DNA from: an uncultured Bacteroidia bacterium
Lineage (GTDB): Bacteria > Bacteroidota > Bacteroidia > NS11-12g > UBA955
Direction: 5' to 3'
Assembly: GCA_938086785.1 (NCBI GenBank)
Contig: CALKCM010000010.1
Coordinates: 35,741 to 99,740 of the forward strand
Length of the DNA: 64,000 nt
Positions 39,190 to 49,899 of the stretch are shown piece by piece. The stretch's first letter is position 1; every line of letters starts with the position of its first letter. The notes beneath the pieces were generated by a model. That model was not told the DNA's origin, did not search any database, and saw only the letters and a program-made list of their open reading frames with translations. The translations under genes were made by a program, and so were the position numbers.

Positions 39190-39930
39190 ATGTCCGTAAA
39201 AGAAATACAATGGTTTAAATCTTGGTTTGATACCGAAGAATATCATGAACTCTATGGACATCGCGATTATACTGAAGCTGAGAAATTTATCAGTATACTT
39301 TGTGAAAAACTAAAAATCCCTGCTAAAAGCCATTGCATCGATTTAGCTTGTGGTAAGGGAAGGCATTCCAACATCTTGGCAAATTTAGGAATGAATGTAC
39401 TCGGGCTCGACTTGAGTAAAAATAGCATTTCTTATGCCATTAAAAATGCCCATAATGGAGCAACATTTAAGGTACATGATATGCGGGATGCGCTGCCTGT
39501 TCAAAATATGGATTATGTGTTTAATTTATTTACCTCCTTTGGTTATTTTGAAAAAGGAAAAACAGATTTAACTATTCTTCAGAACCAATTTGAGGCACTA
39601 AAAAAAGGAGGAATATTTGTTCAAGATTACCTAAATGCAGATTCAATTAAATCCGCGCTGCCTCTGCAGGAACTCATTAAAAGGCCAAAAAATACATATT
39701 CCATTAAGAAGTATATCGAGGACGGAAGCATTAAGAAGCAAATAACCTTTGTAAAAAATGGCGTAGACCAGACATATACGGAACAAGTGAAAATCTACCC
39801 TCTTGAGGCATTAAGAAGTCTTCATGAGCAAGCGGGCTTCCAAGTGCAACAAATCTTGGGCGATTATACTTTGGCGCCTTTTGATGCAAATACATCTAAA
39901 AGAATTATTATTATTAGTGAGAAATGTTAA
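39190..39930 (+). CDS. Class I SAM-dependent methyltransferase
   Basis: CIDLACGKGRHS (motif I), VLGLDLS, and DYVFNLFTSFGY. The start is ambiguous among TTG 39118, ATG 39157 and ATG 39190. Confidence 0.7.
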   Translation: MSVKEIQWFKSWFDTEEYHELYGHRDYTEAEKFISILCEKLKIPAKSHCIDLACGKGRHSNILANLGMNVLGLDLSKNSISYAIKNAHNGATFKVHDMRDALPVQNMDYVFNLFTSFGYFEKGKTDLTILQNQFEALKKGGIFVQDYLNADSIKSALPLQELIKRPKNTYSIKKYIEDGSIKKQITFVKNGVDQTYTEQVKIYPLEALRSLHEQAGFQVQQILGDYTLAPFDANTSKRIIIISEKC

Positions 39931-40505
39931 ACTGGTTTAAGGATATAGACTTCTGGATTTTTAAGTTAATTAATCAGCAATTGGCTAGTGAAATACTCGA
40001 TGCTTTTATGACAGCCATGAGTAATAAATTTTTATGGATACCCCTTTACGTGGTCATTCTTTTTTTCCTGATTAAGCACTATAGAAGAATGAGTTGGCTC
40101 TATATATTGGCTTTAATTCTTGCAGTATCAAGCGCCGATTTAATTAGCAGCAAGCTCATGAAACCTGGCTTTGAAAGAACCAGACCATGCAATATTGTTG
40201 AATTAAATCCAAGGCTACCCTCAGGGAAAAGCCCATCTTATGGGTTCGTGAGCAGTCATGCGGCAAACCATGCCGCCGTTGCTGCATTTGTAATTTTGGT
40301 GTTTTCACTGAAAAGATGGAAAAAAGCTGCATTTATTATATGGGCCGTTCTAATTGCTTACAGTAGAGTTTATCTTGGGAAGCACTTCTTTTTTGATGTT
40401 TTTTTTGGCGCGCTATTGGGCGTATTTCTGGCCTATTTTTGGTGGTTTCTGCTAAAATCAGTGAAGAAAAAATGGATTTCTCAACCAATAAAAGAAGAAC
40501 ACTAA
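39924..40505 (+). CDS. PAP2-family phosphatase (membrane)
   Basis: KPGFERTRP ... [10 protein letters not shown] ... [13 protein letters not shown] matches the three PAP2 motifs (KxxxxxxRP, PSGH-like, SRxxxxxHxxxD). Confidence 0.8.
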   Translation: MLNWFKDIDFWIFKLINQQLASEILDAFMTAMSNKFLWIPLYVVILFFLIKHYRRMSWLYILALILAVSSADLISSKLMKPGFERTRPCNIVELNPRLPSGKSPSYGFVSSHAANHAAVAAFVILVFSLKRWKKAAFIIWAVLIAYSRVYLGKHFFFDVFFGALLGVFLAYFWWFLLKSVKKKWISQPIKEEH

Positions 40506-40551
40506 TTATTCAATCATAAGGATAACAAATCGGCTTACCTTTGCAACGAAA

Positions 40552-41538
40552 ATGGCGGAAAGTAACTTTATTGATTACGTAAAAATATTTTTTAAGAGTG
40601 GTAATGGAGGAGCTGGCAGCCATCACTATCACAGATCGAAAGGAAACCCGAAAGGGGGACCCGACGGTGGAGATGGAGGAAAAGGGGGTGACATCATACT
40701 CAGAGGGAATAAACAACTCTGGACCTTAATTCACTTAAAATTTCGTAAACATATTTTTGCCGATCATGGAAATCCGGGCGGGGAAAGCCACAGTACTGGA
40801 AAAAGTGGTCAAAATATATATTTGGACGTTCCACTTGGAACGGTTGCTAAAGATTTTGAAACAAAAGAATTCATAGGAGAAATAACAGATGAAGGGGAAG
40901 AACTCACTCTTCTTTCAGGAGGTAAAGGAGGTCTTGGAAACAGCAAGTTTAAAACGAGTACTAACCAAGCACCTAAATATGCTCAACCTGGTGAATCAGG
41001 AATTGAGCAAACCTTAATACTGGAATTAAAGGTACTCGCAGATGTTGGATTGGTTGGATTTCCTAATGCTGGAAAAAGCACTTTACTCAGTGTTGTTTCT
41101 GCGGCCAAACCAGAAATTGCCAATTATCCTTTTACCACCTTAGTGCCTAATTTAGGAGTTATTCCTTATAGAGACTATCGGAGTTTTGTGATGGCAGATA
41201 TACCCGGAATTATCGAAGGGGCACATGAAGGGAAAGGTCTCGGACATCGTTTTTTAAGACATATTGAAAGAAACTCTGTCCTTCTTTTCTTAATCCCCGC
41301 CGATAGCGATGATCATCTCAAGGAGTATCAAATCTTAGTGAATGAGCTTGAGAAGTTTAACCCTGAACTCTTAACAAAAGAGCATATGATTTCTATTTCA
41401 AAATCGGATATGTTGGATGATGAGTTAAAGGATGCTATTGCCAATGAATTCTCTGTCCCTGTACACTTTTTTAGTTCTGTAGCTCAACAAGGGCTTCAAG
41501 AATTAAAGGATAAGCTCTGGAATATTCTCCAAGAATAA
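40552..41538 (+). CDS. obg: GTPase ObgE/CgtA
   Basis: [18 protein letters not shown], the glycine-rich Obg fold, then [15 protein letters not shown] and SKSD. Confidence 0.93.
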   Translation: MAESNFIDYVKIFFKSGNGGAGSHHYHRSKGNPKGGPDGGDGGKGGDIILRGNKQLWTLIHLKFRKHIFADHGNPGGESHSTGKSGQNIYLDVPLGTVAKDFETKEFIGEITDEGEELTLLSGGKGGLGNSKFKTSTNQAPKYAQPGESGIEQTLILELKVLADVGLVGFPNAGKSTLLSVVSAAKPEIANYPFTTLVPNLGVIPYRDYRSFVMADIPGIIEGAHEGKGLGHRFLRHIERNSVLLFLIPADSDDHLKEYQILVNELEKFNPELLTKEHMISISKSDMLDDELKDAIANEFSVPVHFFSSVAQQGLQELKDKLWNILQE

Positions 41539-41551
41539 AGAAAACACAGGT

Positions 41552-43750
41552 TTATAAAGAATTACAGATGGTGTTGTGTAAGCCCTCGGCGAATTCAATT
41601 AAAACAGTAACTTCTTCTTCTGTGGCATATCTAATATGCTCAAAAACTACAATTTCTTTTCCGTTACTCTCAATGTAAAAGGACTCTTCCTTGCTTACGA
41701 GATAATCACAAATTTCTTTCCCAAAGAAAGCCTGAATGCTTTCTTCATCATCTCCCTTTATCAATAGTTTTCGATCCAATTGCTCAGATGCAACATGCAC
41801 ATCTGTATGAACGGCTATTTCTCTAAGTCGATCGTACACTTGCTCGGGCTCCACGCTAAATGATGGAACAGGACATGGGCTAGCAAAACGAATTATAGTG
41901 GTGTGCAACTCATTTTGAGCTACCCACTCGCCTTCATGAAAATTTAAATCACTCAATACCCAAGGAGTTTTGTTCTGCTCAAAATTTCCGCGAATAGAGT
42001 TTTTTCTAAACTGTGGAGGCCTCGTACTAAAGAAGGGAAAGGTTTGCAAGGATGCGTTTTTATGTATGATTTCAGAATCAAATTCATACCCTTTCTCACG
42101 GCAAACATCTTTCAATTTATTTTGCCTTCTGGTCAAACCTCTATTTCTTTTCCATACACTATCGCTCAACCTCAAGGCCAAATGATGGGGTGAAGAACTA
42201 TGAAATTTCTCTAATCCAGTTATACTGAACTCCCCTCCTTTTTTCTCGAATACATCGGCCGTATTATGTACCATTTCCAACATGGTGTGATCGACCAATT
42301 TGGCATTAGCAAAGTTGAATGCCACTATACTTTCGTCTGGAATTTTATTGATGACTTTTTGCATTTTTAATGCACCCAGAAAATTAATAACTCCCTTGGC
42401 CGAAATAGCGACTTTTTTATTTTCCTCTTCGGTATATGAAAATTTCGGGTTGCGAGAAGCTCTCCAGAATTGTTTTAAGGTCATTCCAGAGAAGAAAGAA
42501 GTGAGAATAAAGTCAAATATGGTTCCTGCTATAATACCAACAACCAACCCATTATTTATGGTAAACCAAAAAGCAATGACAAAAATGAGCAATTGCTCCC
42601 AACCCATTTCCAAGGCGTCGTAGAATTTCTTTGGTGAACATAACCGGTACCCTGTAAAAACTAATATCCCAGCTAAAGCTGCTTTTGGAACAAGGTTCAG
42701 CATGGAAACCGCAAAGAATAATATCAAAATCAAAAATGCACCATGCGCTATATTACTGAGTCTTTGCTTACCACCCACATTAACATTTACACTACTTCGT
42801 ATAATTACGGTGATCGCTGGAATCCCTCCAAGTGCCGAAGAAAGAGCAGTTGTAAACCCACTACTGGTTAAGTCTTTATTTAAGTCTGTTTTTCGGTTTA
42901 AAGGATCCATTTTATCCACTGCCTTCGCACTTAATAAGTTCTCCACCAGTAAAATGATGAAAATAGAAAACGAATGAACCCAAAACATGGACTCCCAAAT
43001 TCGGTCAAATACTGGAAAAACCATCGAATGAATCACATCATGCGGCAGGCGAACCAGAAGGTCTCTACTCAACTCCACATCCATCCCAAAGAATACGGTT
43101 GAATCTGCATTTTGCATATTAAAAGCAAGCGTCCAAGGCAAACCCATGAGTAAAACCCAAATAGCCGCTGGAATTCGTCGGATCAATTTAATAGGGACTT
43201 TTGGATGTATATAAAGAAAAATAACGCTAATAAGCGCGATACAAGTGGCAATGGGATTAAGATTTAATATGCCCGCTGGGATTTCTTGAAAATTTTCGAT
43301 GGGTGAAACACCCTCTGGGGTATACCCAAAAAATTCATCAATCTGTTTAACAACGATAATAAACCCAATACCTGCCAATAAACCATTGATAGCTGAAGTT
43401 GGCAAGAGTTCGGCATATTTACCCAGTTTAAAAACACCCGTTAAAAACAAAAGTAAGCCCGAGGCCATAATACAAGCGAGTACATAAGGAATTCCATTTT
43501 CGCCTCCTCCAAAATACAGCAAGGCAGCCGAAAGCACTACAATAGAACCATTAGCTGGCCCCTTTATCCCCACATGCGTACCTCCAAATATCCATCCCGT
43601 AATTCCTCCAATAGCAGCAGCAATTATACCAGAAACAGGAGGAAGCCCACTGGCAATAGCAATTCCCAAACAAAGGGGCAAGGCTACTAAAGCCACACTT
43701 ACCCCAGCTAAAACATCTCCTCGGAAACTTGAAAATATACCCGTCTTCAT
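41552..43750 (-). CDS. SulP-family anion transporter with STAS domain and an additional ~216-aa C-terminal domain of unknown function
   Basis: N-terminus FRGDVLAGVSVALVALPLCLGIAIASG (SulP signature) and about 12 TM segments. A STAS-like segment follows (AISAKGVINFLGALK...GGEFSITGL), then the extra domain. The ATG at 43750 is preferred over the TTG at 43774. Confidence 0.8.
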   Translation of the reverse strand: MKTGIFSSFRGDVLAGVSVALVALPLCLGIAIASGLPPVSGIIAAAIGGITGWIFGGTHVGIKGPANGSIVVLSAALLYFGGGENGIPYVLACIMASGLLLFLTGVFKLGKYAELLPTSAINGLLAGIGFIIVVKQIDEFFGYTPEGVSPIENFQEIPAGILNLNPIATCIALISVIFLYIHPKVPIKLIRRIPAAIWVLLMGLPWTLAFNMQNADSTVFFGMDVELSRDLLVRLPHDVIHSMVFPVFDRIWESMFWVHSFSIFIILLVENLLSAKAVDKMDPLNRKTDLNKDLTSSGFTTALSSALGGIPAITVIIRSSVNVNVGGKQRLSNIAHGAFLILILFFAVSMLNLVPKAALAGILVFTGYRLCSPKKFYDALEMGWEQLLIFVIAFWFTINNGLVVGIIAGTIFDFILTSFFSGMTLKQFWRASRNPKFSYTEEENKKVAISAKGVINFLGALKMQKVINKIPDESIVAFNFANAKLVDHTMLEMVHNTADVFEKKGGEFSITGLEKFHSSSPHHLALRLSDSVWKRNRGLTRRQNKLKDVCREKGYEFDSEIIHKNASLQTFPFFSTRPPQFRKNSIRGNFEQNKTPWVLSDLNFHEGEWVAQNELHTTIIRFASPCPVPSFSVEPEQVYDRLREIAVHTDVHVASEQLDRKLLIKGDDEESIQAFFGKEICDYLVSKEESFYIESNGKEIVVFEHIRYATEEEVTVLIEFAEGLHNTICNSL

Positions 43751-43814
43751 TACTCTTGCAAAATAGGAATTCAAAACCTATAAAACAATTTGATAAAAAA
43801 ATAAAGATTTATTC

Positions 43815-45758
43815 TTAAGCAAAAAGCCAACGACTTAATAAGCCCAAGTCCTTGTAAACACTGTAATCTCTTGCATAAGCCAAATTGATGTTTTCCGATA
43901 GCGAGCGATCTTGGTGGTTTCCCATAGGACTGAGGATCCCCGGCTTTAATTGAGGCAGCCGTGGGGTATTTTCTCCAGAGGAATAGCTCACAATAGTTTT
44001 AATACCCAAAATAACCTTTGGTATATTTTTAATAAGAGCACGCCCATTCTTAAAAAATAACAACAAAGGCAATAGCGCAATAGAGAGCATTGCAATCGCA
44101 ATATCTAAGATTCTCTTTTTACGCTTAATATGCGTTTTAGCAATGTCAAACTTTATATCAATAGTGTATAATTCGCCAGGTTGATTTTTGGAATTCGAGC
44201 CAATAATAAATAGACTCTGTTCAGGAACTATTTTAAATTGAATATTTTGGTCTGCTAGCTGGCTCATGAAACCCATGATCTCTGAATTATCAATATCCTT
44301 TGCACTAAAAATAATCGTATTGATTTTAAAAATATCAATAATTTCATCCAGTTGACCAATCTGTCCCGTGGCACCATCTGCTTTCTCTGAGCTAGAATTA
44401 ATCCAAATACAATGGTCCATTTTTACTTGACTTTGACTCAATAGGCTATTAATTCTTTGGTGTTCCCTCTCCAAGGAGATAATGGCAATCCGCAACAACT
44501 CTTGGTCATTAGCTCCAAACCTCTTGTTCTTTGCAAAGAAGACAAGTTCTCGTAATGCAGGTAATATAAGAACTGCCCAAGCGGAGCCTAATCCCAAAAT
44601 AGCTCGAGAAAATCGATAGTCTCTGGGTAAAAAGGCGTAGATGGCAATTAAAAGAATAGAACCGGTTAGAGCACCTCGAATGAGTCTTTTTTGACTCAAA
44701 GGTTTATCATAGCCTCCCGAAAGAAATACCGTCGTTAAAATGACAACGATGTAAATCGGAATAAACATTTGATAAAATGAATCCGGATAAAAATTCAAAA
44801 CGAACTTATTATACTTTTCCCAGTATTTGGCTATTCCTAAAAAGCCAACATATATCGCAATAAAATCCAGTACTGGCCAAACCAAGCGTTTAAAAGTACC
44901 GTGGCACAGCGCAAGTAAAGCGCGAAGCCAAATAGCCAAATTAATGAAAGCTGCGAAGCTTCCAGCCATTTTTTTGGAATAGTGCTTATTCGCAAAAATG
45001 ACCATGGCTTGGTAAAATATTTTGATATAATTAGCAGATTTCTTTTTAGTACTCTCTCCTTTGTAGTGAATGACCGTGGTATCACTACAATAATAATTCT
45101 TAGCTCCACTTTGAGTAATGCGATAGCTCAAATCAATGTCTTCACCGTACATGAAAAAAGTTTCGTCCAACAAACCCACCTGATCCAGAACGCTGCTTTT
45201 CATAAACATAAATGCACCACTCAGAACTTCAACCTCATGATTTTTATGCTCATCCAAATATTTCAAGTGATACCCACCAAATTCTTTGCTTTTCGGAAGC
45301 AAAAAAGAAAGTCCGCACATTTTATAAAAGGCTCTTCGTGGAGTAGGTAATCCCCTCTTGCTTTCTGGCAAGAACTTCCCCTTCCCATCGATCATTCGTA
45401 CACCTAAAGCGCCAAAATCGTCTCTTTGATCGGCAAATTCGAGGCAAATCTTCAGGGTATCCTCCTGTAAAACAGTATCTGGATTTAAGAGTAAAATATA
45501 ATCTCCTTTAGCCTTCTTTATGGCAACATTGTTACCCCTACTAAAACCCGTATTTTCTTTCAGTGCAATGAGTTTTACCCAAGGAAACTTTGATTCAACC
45601 AACTCAACACTGCCATCCACCGAATTATTATCTACAACAAATACTTCCGTTTCCAAGCCTTGAATGGCTTTATTCACTGAGCGCAGTGTTTGCTCCAGAA
45701 AGTGTTTTACATTATAGTTTACAATTACAATCGAAAGCATGCTAGTATTGATATTCAA
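43815..45758 (-). CDS. Glycosyltransferase family 2 fused to a multi-TM region and a degenerate bacterial-sugar-transferase-like C-terminus
   Basis: LSIVIVNYNVKHFLEQTLRSV, VVDNNSVDGS, LLNPDT and MYGEDIDLSYR (GT2). The central region has about 5 TM segments. The C-terminus KRILDIAIAMLSIALLPLLL...KPGILSP...YARDYSVYKDLGLL is reminiscent of the PF02397 layout. Confidence 0.65.
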   Translation of the reverse strand: MNINTSMLSIVIVNYNVKHFLEQTLRSVNKAIQGLETEVFVVDNNSVDGSVELVESKFPWVKLIALKENTGFSRGNNVAIKKAKGDYILLLNPDTVLQEDTLKICLEFADQRDDFGALGVRMIDGKGKFLPESKRGLPTPRRAFYKMCGLSFLLPKSKEFGGYHLKYLDEHKNHEVEVLSGAFMFMKSSVLDQVGLLDETFFMYGEDIDLSYRITQSGAKNYYCSDTTVIHYKGESTKKKSANYIKIFYQAMVIFANKHYSKKMAGSFAAFINLAIWLRALLALCHGTFKRLVWPVLDFIAIYVGFLGIAKYWEKYNKFVLNFYPDSFYQMFIPIYIVVILTTVFLSGGYDKPLSQKRLIRGALTGSILLIAIYAFLPRDYRFSRAILGLGSAWAVLILPALRELVFFAKNKRFGANDQELLRIAIISLEREHQRINSLLSQSQVKMDHCIWINSSSEKADGATGQIGQLDEIIDIFKINTIIFSAKDIDNSEIMGFMSQLADQNIQFKIVPEQSLFIIGSNSKNQPGELYTIDIKFDIAKTHIKRKKRILDIAIAMLSIALLPLLLFFKNGRALIKNIPKVILGIKTIVSYSSGENTPRLPQLKPGILSPMGNHQDRSLSENINLAYARDYSVYKDLGLLSRWLFA

Positions 45759-46347
45759 TGCGATTTAAAATACTGTTGCCTAAGGTAAGTTCATCGGCAT
45801 ATTCAAGTTCTGCACCCACAGATATTCCTCTGGAGATAGTGCTTACTTTTACTTTATAAGGACTAAGTATTTTAGCAATATAAAATAATGTAGTATCACC
45901 TTCTACCGTGGTGTTTAAAGCAAGAATAATTTCTTTAGCTTCAGATTTAATTACTTTAGAAACCAACTGTTCTATATTTAATTGCTCCGGCCCAATTCCA
46001 TCTATGGGGGCAATAAGACCGCCAAGTACGAAATAGGTGCCCAAAAATTGGTTCGTATTCTCAATAGCCATTAAATCCGTAAAATCTTCCACCACACAAA
46101 TGGTCTGTGAATCTCTATTTGTATTTGTACAAATATCGCAGGTTTCCGAGTCAGCTATATTAAAACACTCCTCGCACAAGTGCAGCTCGGTTTTTAATTT
46201 TAAAATAGCGCCTGCAATATTTACAATTTCATGTTCCGGTCTTTTTATCAGATGCATGACCAAACGTAAGGCTGTTCTTTTCCCTATACCAGGAAATGAA
46301 CTTAAGGCATTGGTGGCTTCTTCTATAACCTGACTACTGAACTGCAA
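45742..46347 (-). CDS. recR: Recombination protein RecR
   Basis: FPGIGKRTALRL helix-hairpin-helix, a CEECFNIADSETCDIC zinc finger, and a Toprim domain (ICVVED). Confidence 0.93.
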   Translation of the reverse strand: MQFSSQVIEEATNALSSFPGIGKRTALRLVMHLIKRPEHEIVNIAGAILKLKTELHLCEECFNIADSETCDICTNTNRDSQTICVVEDFTDLMAIENTNQFLGTYFVLGGLIAPIDGIGPEQLNIEQLVSKVIKSEAKEIILALNTTVEGDTTLFYIAKILSPYKVKVSTISRGISVGAELEYADELTLGNSILNRIEYQY

Positions 46348-46368
46348 GCTGCAAATTTAAGCCGAAAT

Positions 46369-47502
46369 ATGAAGTATTGTGTACAAGCGTTAAATTCCGC
46401 TAACTTTGCATCCTTGAATATCTTCCTTTACATAGGCGCAGCCTATCTTCTTGTCCAAATATGGCAATGGATTCAATTCCTTCGTTACAAGGCTGTTTCA
46501 CAAAATAAACCCAGCGAATGGCCTTATATTTCAGTTTGGGTTGCTGCCCGAAACGAAGAGGAGAATATTGAAGCCTGCCTAAATAGTCTCATCGCAATGG
46601 ACTACCCAAAGGAAAAGCTTCAAATCATTGTAGGCAATGATCAAAGTACAGACGAGACAAAGAACATTGCCTCAAAAATTGCAGAACAAAACCCTCAACT
46701 ACTCATTATCGATGTCGTTGACCACCCAGAACTAAAAGCAAAAGCCCGAGTAATGGCACAAATAGATAAGCATGCTCAGGGAGACTTTTATTTAGTAACC
46801 GACGCAGATGTCATTGTAAAGCCAAGCTGGGCCAAAGAGATGATCATGCAACTTTCGGAGGAGATAGGAGTTGCCAGCGGCACCACTATGGTGCAGGCAG
46901 AAGGGTTCTGGGGGAGCATGCAAAGCATCGATTGGGCCTACTTTATGGGTCTATTAAACGTTATTAGTTACAGTGGAATACCTGCAACTGCCGTGGGGAA
47001 TAATATGATTGTTCGCAAAAAAGCGTATTGGGAGACTGGTGGCTATGGCGCTATTCGGTTTAGCATAACAGAGGATTACAAACTATACAGCGAGGTTTGC
47101 GCAAAAGGTTGGAAATGGAAAAATATTATGAATCCTAAAGTCTTGGCATATTCGCTTCCAACTAAAGGGTTTATATCACTACTGCATCAAAGAAAACGTT
47201 GGCTTAGTGGTGGAAAAGCGCTACCCTGGTACTGGTGGGTTTTATTTGGTATTTTTGGATTGTATTATTTCATTATACCAGCACTTCTACTTACCCAACC
47301 ATTAGCAGCCCTTGTACTACTTATGGCTAAATTTGGATTGCAATACCTTCATATCTATAGAATTTATTCCCTGTTAGGAGAACCCCAACCGCGGTTAATA
47401 CAGCATCTTCAATACGAATTTTACCTGTTTATACTAACGATAAGTACCGCTGTTTTCTTCCTTATTCCAGTAAAAACTATCTGGAAAGGCCGAGCATATT
47501 AG
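46369..47502 (+). CDS. Membrane glycosyltransferase family 2 with QxxRW motif (glycolipid or processive-type synthase-like)
   Basis: ISVWVAARNEEENI, GNDQSTDET, VTDADV, TEDYKL and QRKRWLSG, flanked by TM helices. Confidence 0.75.
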   Translation: MKYCVQALNSANFASLNIFLYIGAAYLLVQIWQWIQFLRYKAVSQNKPSEWPYISVWVAARNEEENIEACLNSLIAMDYPKEKLQIIVGNDQSTDETKNIASKIAEQNPQLLIIDVVDHPELKAKARVMAQIDKHAQGDFYLVTDADVIVKPSWAKEMIMQLSEEIGVASGTTMVQAEGFWGSMQSIDWAYFMGLLNVISYSGIPATAVGNNMIVRKKAYWETGGYGAIRFSITEDYKLYSEVCAKGWKWKNIMNPKVLAYSLPTKGFISLLHQRKRWLSGGKALPWYWWVLFGIFGLYYFIIPALLLTQPLAALVLLMAKFGLQYLHIYRIYSLLGEPQPRLIQHLQYEFYLFILTISTAVFFLIPVKTIWKGRAY

Positions 47503-47543
47503 ATCGGCAGCTAACACCATACTTAAAATCTGTATAAGAATAA

Positions 47544-48797
47544 CTATTCGTATAAATAATGGGCACTAGAATCTGTTTGCTGATGCATAAGAATAGTTTT
47601 ACCCTTCAGCGATTCAGGCATCTTACTGCTATTGTAAACCATGAGCATTTGCAGATTAGACTTTAGCTCAGGCCGAAACCCTGCATCCTCCAATTCTGCT
47701 ATAATCTCATCCTTATTTTGCCGATTATCGGTGGTTACCATAAAACTCAACGCTGAGTTTTGCATGATTCCAACATGCAGCTTCTCTTTAGCTAAAATAG
47801 AAAGTATTTGACTCAACTGATCTTCTACGATAAACGTAAAATCTTTGGTTCGGCAAGAGATTAGCATTTGATTTTCCTTGTGAATAAAACAAGCCGTTTC
47901 TAATTGCGCTGCATTCTTATGCACTAAGGTTCCCTTTTTTTTAGGATTTAAAAATGATTTTACTCTTAAAGGAATTTCTTTAGCTTTCAGAGGTTGCATG
48001 GTTTTGGGATGAATAACAGACGCACCATAATAGGCCAGTTCTATTGTATCCCGATAGGATATTTCAGATATCAGTTGGGCATCCTCAAACTTGCGAGGAT
48101 CGGCATTCATCAACCCATCTACATCCTTCCAAATCGTTAAACTCTCCGCATCCAAACAATAGGTAAATATGGCCGCAGAATAGTCACTTCCCTCCCTGCC
48201 TAAAGTGGTTGTTTCTCCCGATGGGCCTTTGCCCATAAAGCCCTGAGTTATAATAAGATTTTTCTCAGCCAAGGGTTTCAATCGCTTTCCAATCATATGT
48301 TCGCAATCCACCCATTTCACTCTGGCATCTCTATGCCTCGCATCCGTAATTATAAAGTTTCTGGAATCGATCCATTGATTTTTAATTCCCTCTCCTAATA
48401 AAAAATAACTTACTATTTTGGTCGAAAGCAACTCACCAAAAGTAACAACTTGGTCATAAATAAAGTCATAAGACTGGCCTTCAAAACCATGTTCGGCAAT
48501 GCAATCCAATTCTAAAAAAAGGTTTTCAATTTCATTTTGAATGGCCAATGAACTATTCATTTGAAGATCCAAAAGAATATCCAAATGATACTGTTTAATC
48601 TCGGCAAGAAAATCGCCTGATTGGCCTGTCCTATTGGCAATTGCGCTCACTACATTCTCTAAAGCATTGGTTGTTTTTCCCAATGCAGAAATAACTACCA
48701 GTACCTTTTCATTTTTGGAAGCATTTAATATGTTGGCTACATTTTTAATGCCCTCAGCATCCTTTACTGATGCTCCTCCAAACTTGTATACTTTCAT
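47544..48797 (-). CDS. lysC: Aspartate kinase (monofunctional)
   Basis: MKVYKFGGASV, VVISALGKTTN, TTLGREGSDYSAA, and C-terminal ACT-like repeats. Confidence 0.88.
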   Translation of the reverse strand: MKVYKFGGASVKDAEGIKNVANILNASKNEKVLVVISALGKTTNALENVVSAIANRTGQSGDFLAEIKQYHLDILLDLQMNSSLAIQNEIENLFLELDCIAEHGFEGQSYDFIYDQVVTFGELLSTKIVSYFLLGEGIKNQWIDSRNFIITDARHRDARVKWVDCEHMIGKRLKPLAEKNLIITQGFMGKGPSGETTTLGREGSDYSAAIFTYCLDAESLTIWKDVDGLMNADPRKFEDAQLISEISYRDTIELAYYGASVIHPKTMQPLKAKEIPLRVKSFLNPKKKGTLVHKNAAQLETACFIHKENQMLISCRTKDFTFIVEDQLSQILSILAKEKLHVGIMQNSALSFMVTTDNRQNKDEIIAELEDAGFRPELKSNLQMLMVYNSSKMPESLKGKTILMHQQTDSSAHYLYE

Positions 48798-48872
48798 GCG
48801 CGCTAAACCTGCTATTCAGTTTTTTATTGTTTCTTTGCAAAACTAATATATTTCTAAAGAATACAGCATAAA

Positions 48873-49886
48873 ATGAATAACAACGGCCTTATAACCTTAG
48901 AACAATTTATTGTAGACCAAGAAAGTCAATACCCCGATGCAAAGGGAGCTTTGAGCAAAATATTTAGAGCCATAGAACTGGCCTCTAAAATTGTAAATAG
49001 AGATGTAAGAAAAGCAGGTTTGGTAGATATCTTAGGAAGTCAAGGAGAAACCAATATTCAGGGCGAAGAGCAGAAAAAATTAGATGTCATTGCGAATAAT
49101 ATCTTCATAAGCGCCTTTAGCAGAAGTGGAGAGGTTTGCGCTGTTATTTCGGAAGAAGAAGATGAAATTCATCACCTCCCAAAAACGGAAAATGAAAAAT
49201 ACATTATTGCCATGGATCCCTTGGATGGGAGTAGCAATATTGATGTAAATGCGAGTATAGGAACCATTTTCAGCGTGTACAAACGCAAAAGCAAATCGGG
49301 CACCCCTACCCTAGATGACTGCTTGCAAGCAGGAAACCAACAAGTAGCAGCCGGCTATGTAATTTATGGGAGTAGTACCATGCTTATTTATACCACGGGC
49401 AATGGGGTAAATGGGTTTACCTTAGATGATGGAATTCAAGAATTTTGCTTGTCGCACCGAAATATAAAAACACCCGAAGATGGGAATTTCTTTTCTGTAA
49501 ACGAAGGGAATTTATCTGATTTTCCAGAAGGCATTGTAGACTATATTTCTTACTGCAAAGAGAAAGACAAAGCCACTAACAGGCCTTACTCCGCAAGATA
49601 TATAGGGAGTATGATTGCAGATTTACACCGAAATATTTTAAAAGGGGGCATATTTATTTATCCTCCTACCACCAAGGCTCCCAATGGAAAGCTGCGCTTA
49701 ATGTACGAGTGCAATCCCATGAGTTTTGTTGTGGAACAAGCCGGCGGAAAAGCACATACTGGCGAATGCCCAGTGATGGATGTTGAAACGACAGCACTTC
49801 ACCAAAGAGTGCCTGTTTTCGTAGGATCCAAGAATATGGTCGACAAGGCCCTAGCCATGCACCACGCGACAGACAAAAAATCTTAA
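48873..49886 (+). CDS. fbp: Fructose-1,6-bisphosphatase class 1
   Basis: LEQFI..., MDPLDGSSNIDVN, GSSTMLIYT, ARYIGSMIADLHRN, GGIFIYP, LRLMYECNPMSF. Confidence 0.93.
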   Translation: MNNNGLITLEQFIVDQESQYPDAKGALSKIFRAIELASKIVNRDVRKAGLVDILGSQGETNIQGEEQKKLDVIANNIFISAFSRSGEVCAVISEEEDEIHHLPKTENEKYIIAMDPLDGSSNIDVNASIGTIFSVYKRKSKSGTPTLDDCLQAGNQQVAAGYVIYGSSTMLIYTTGNGVNGFTLDDGIQEFCLSHRNIKTPEDGNFFSVNEGNLSDFPEGIVDYISYCKEKDKATNRPYSARYIGSMIADLHRNILKGGIFIYPPTTKAPNGKLRLMYECNPMSFVVEQAGGKAHTGECPVMDVETTALHQRVPVFVGSKNMVDKALAMHHATDKKS

Positions 49887-49899
49887 ATACATCTTTCAA

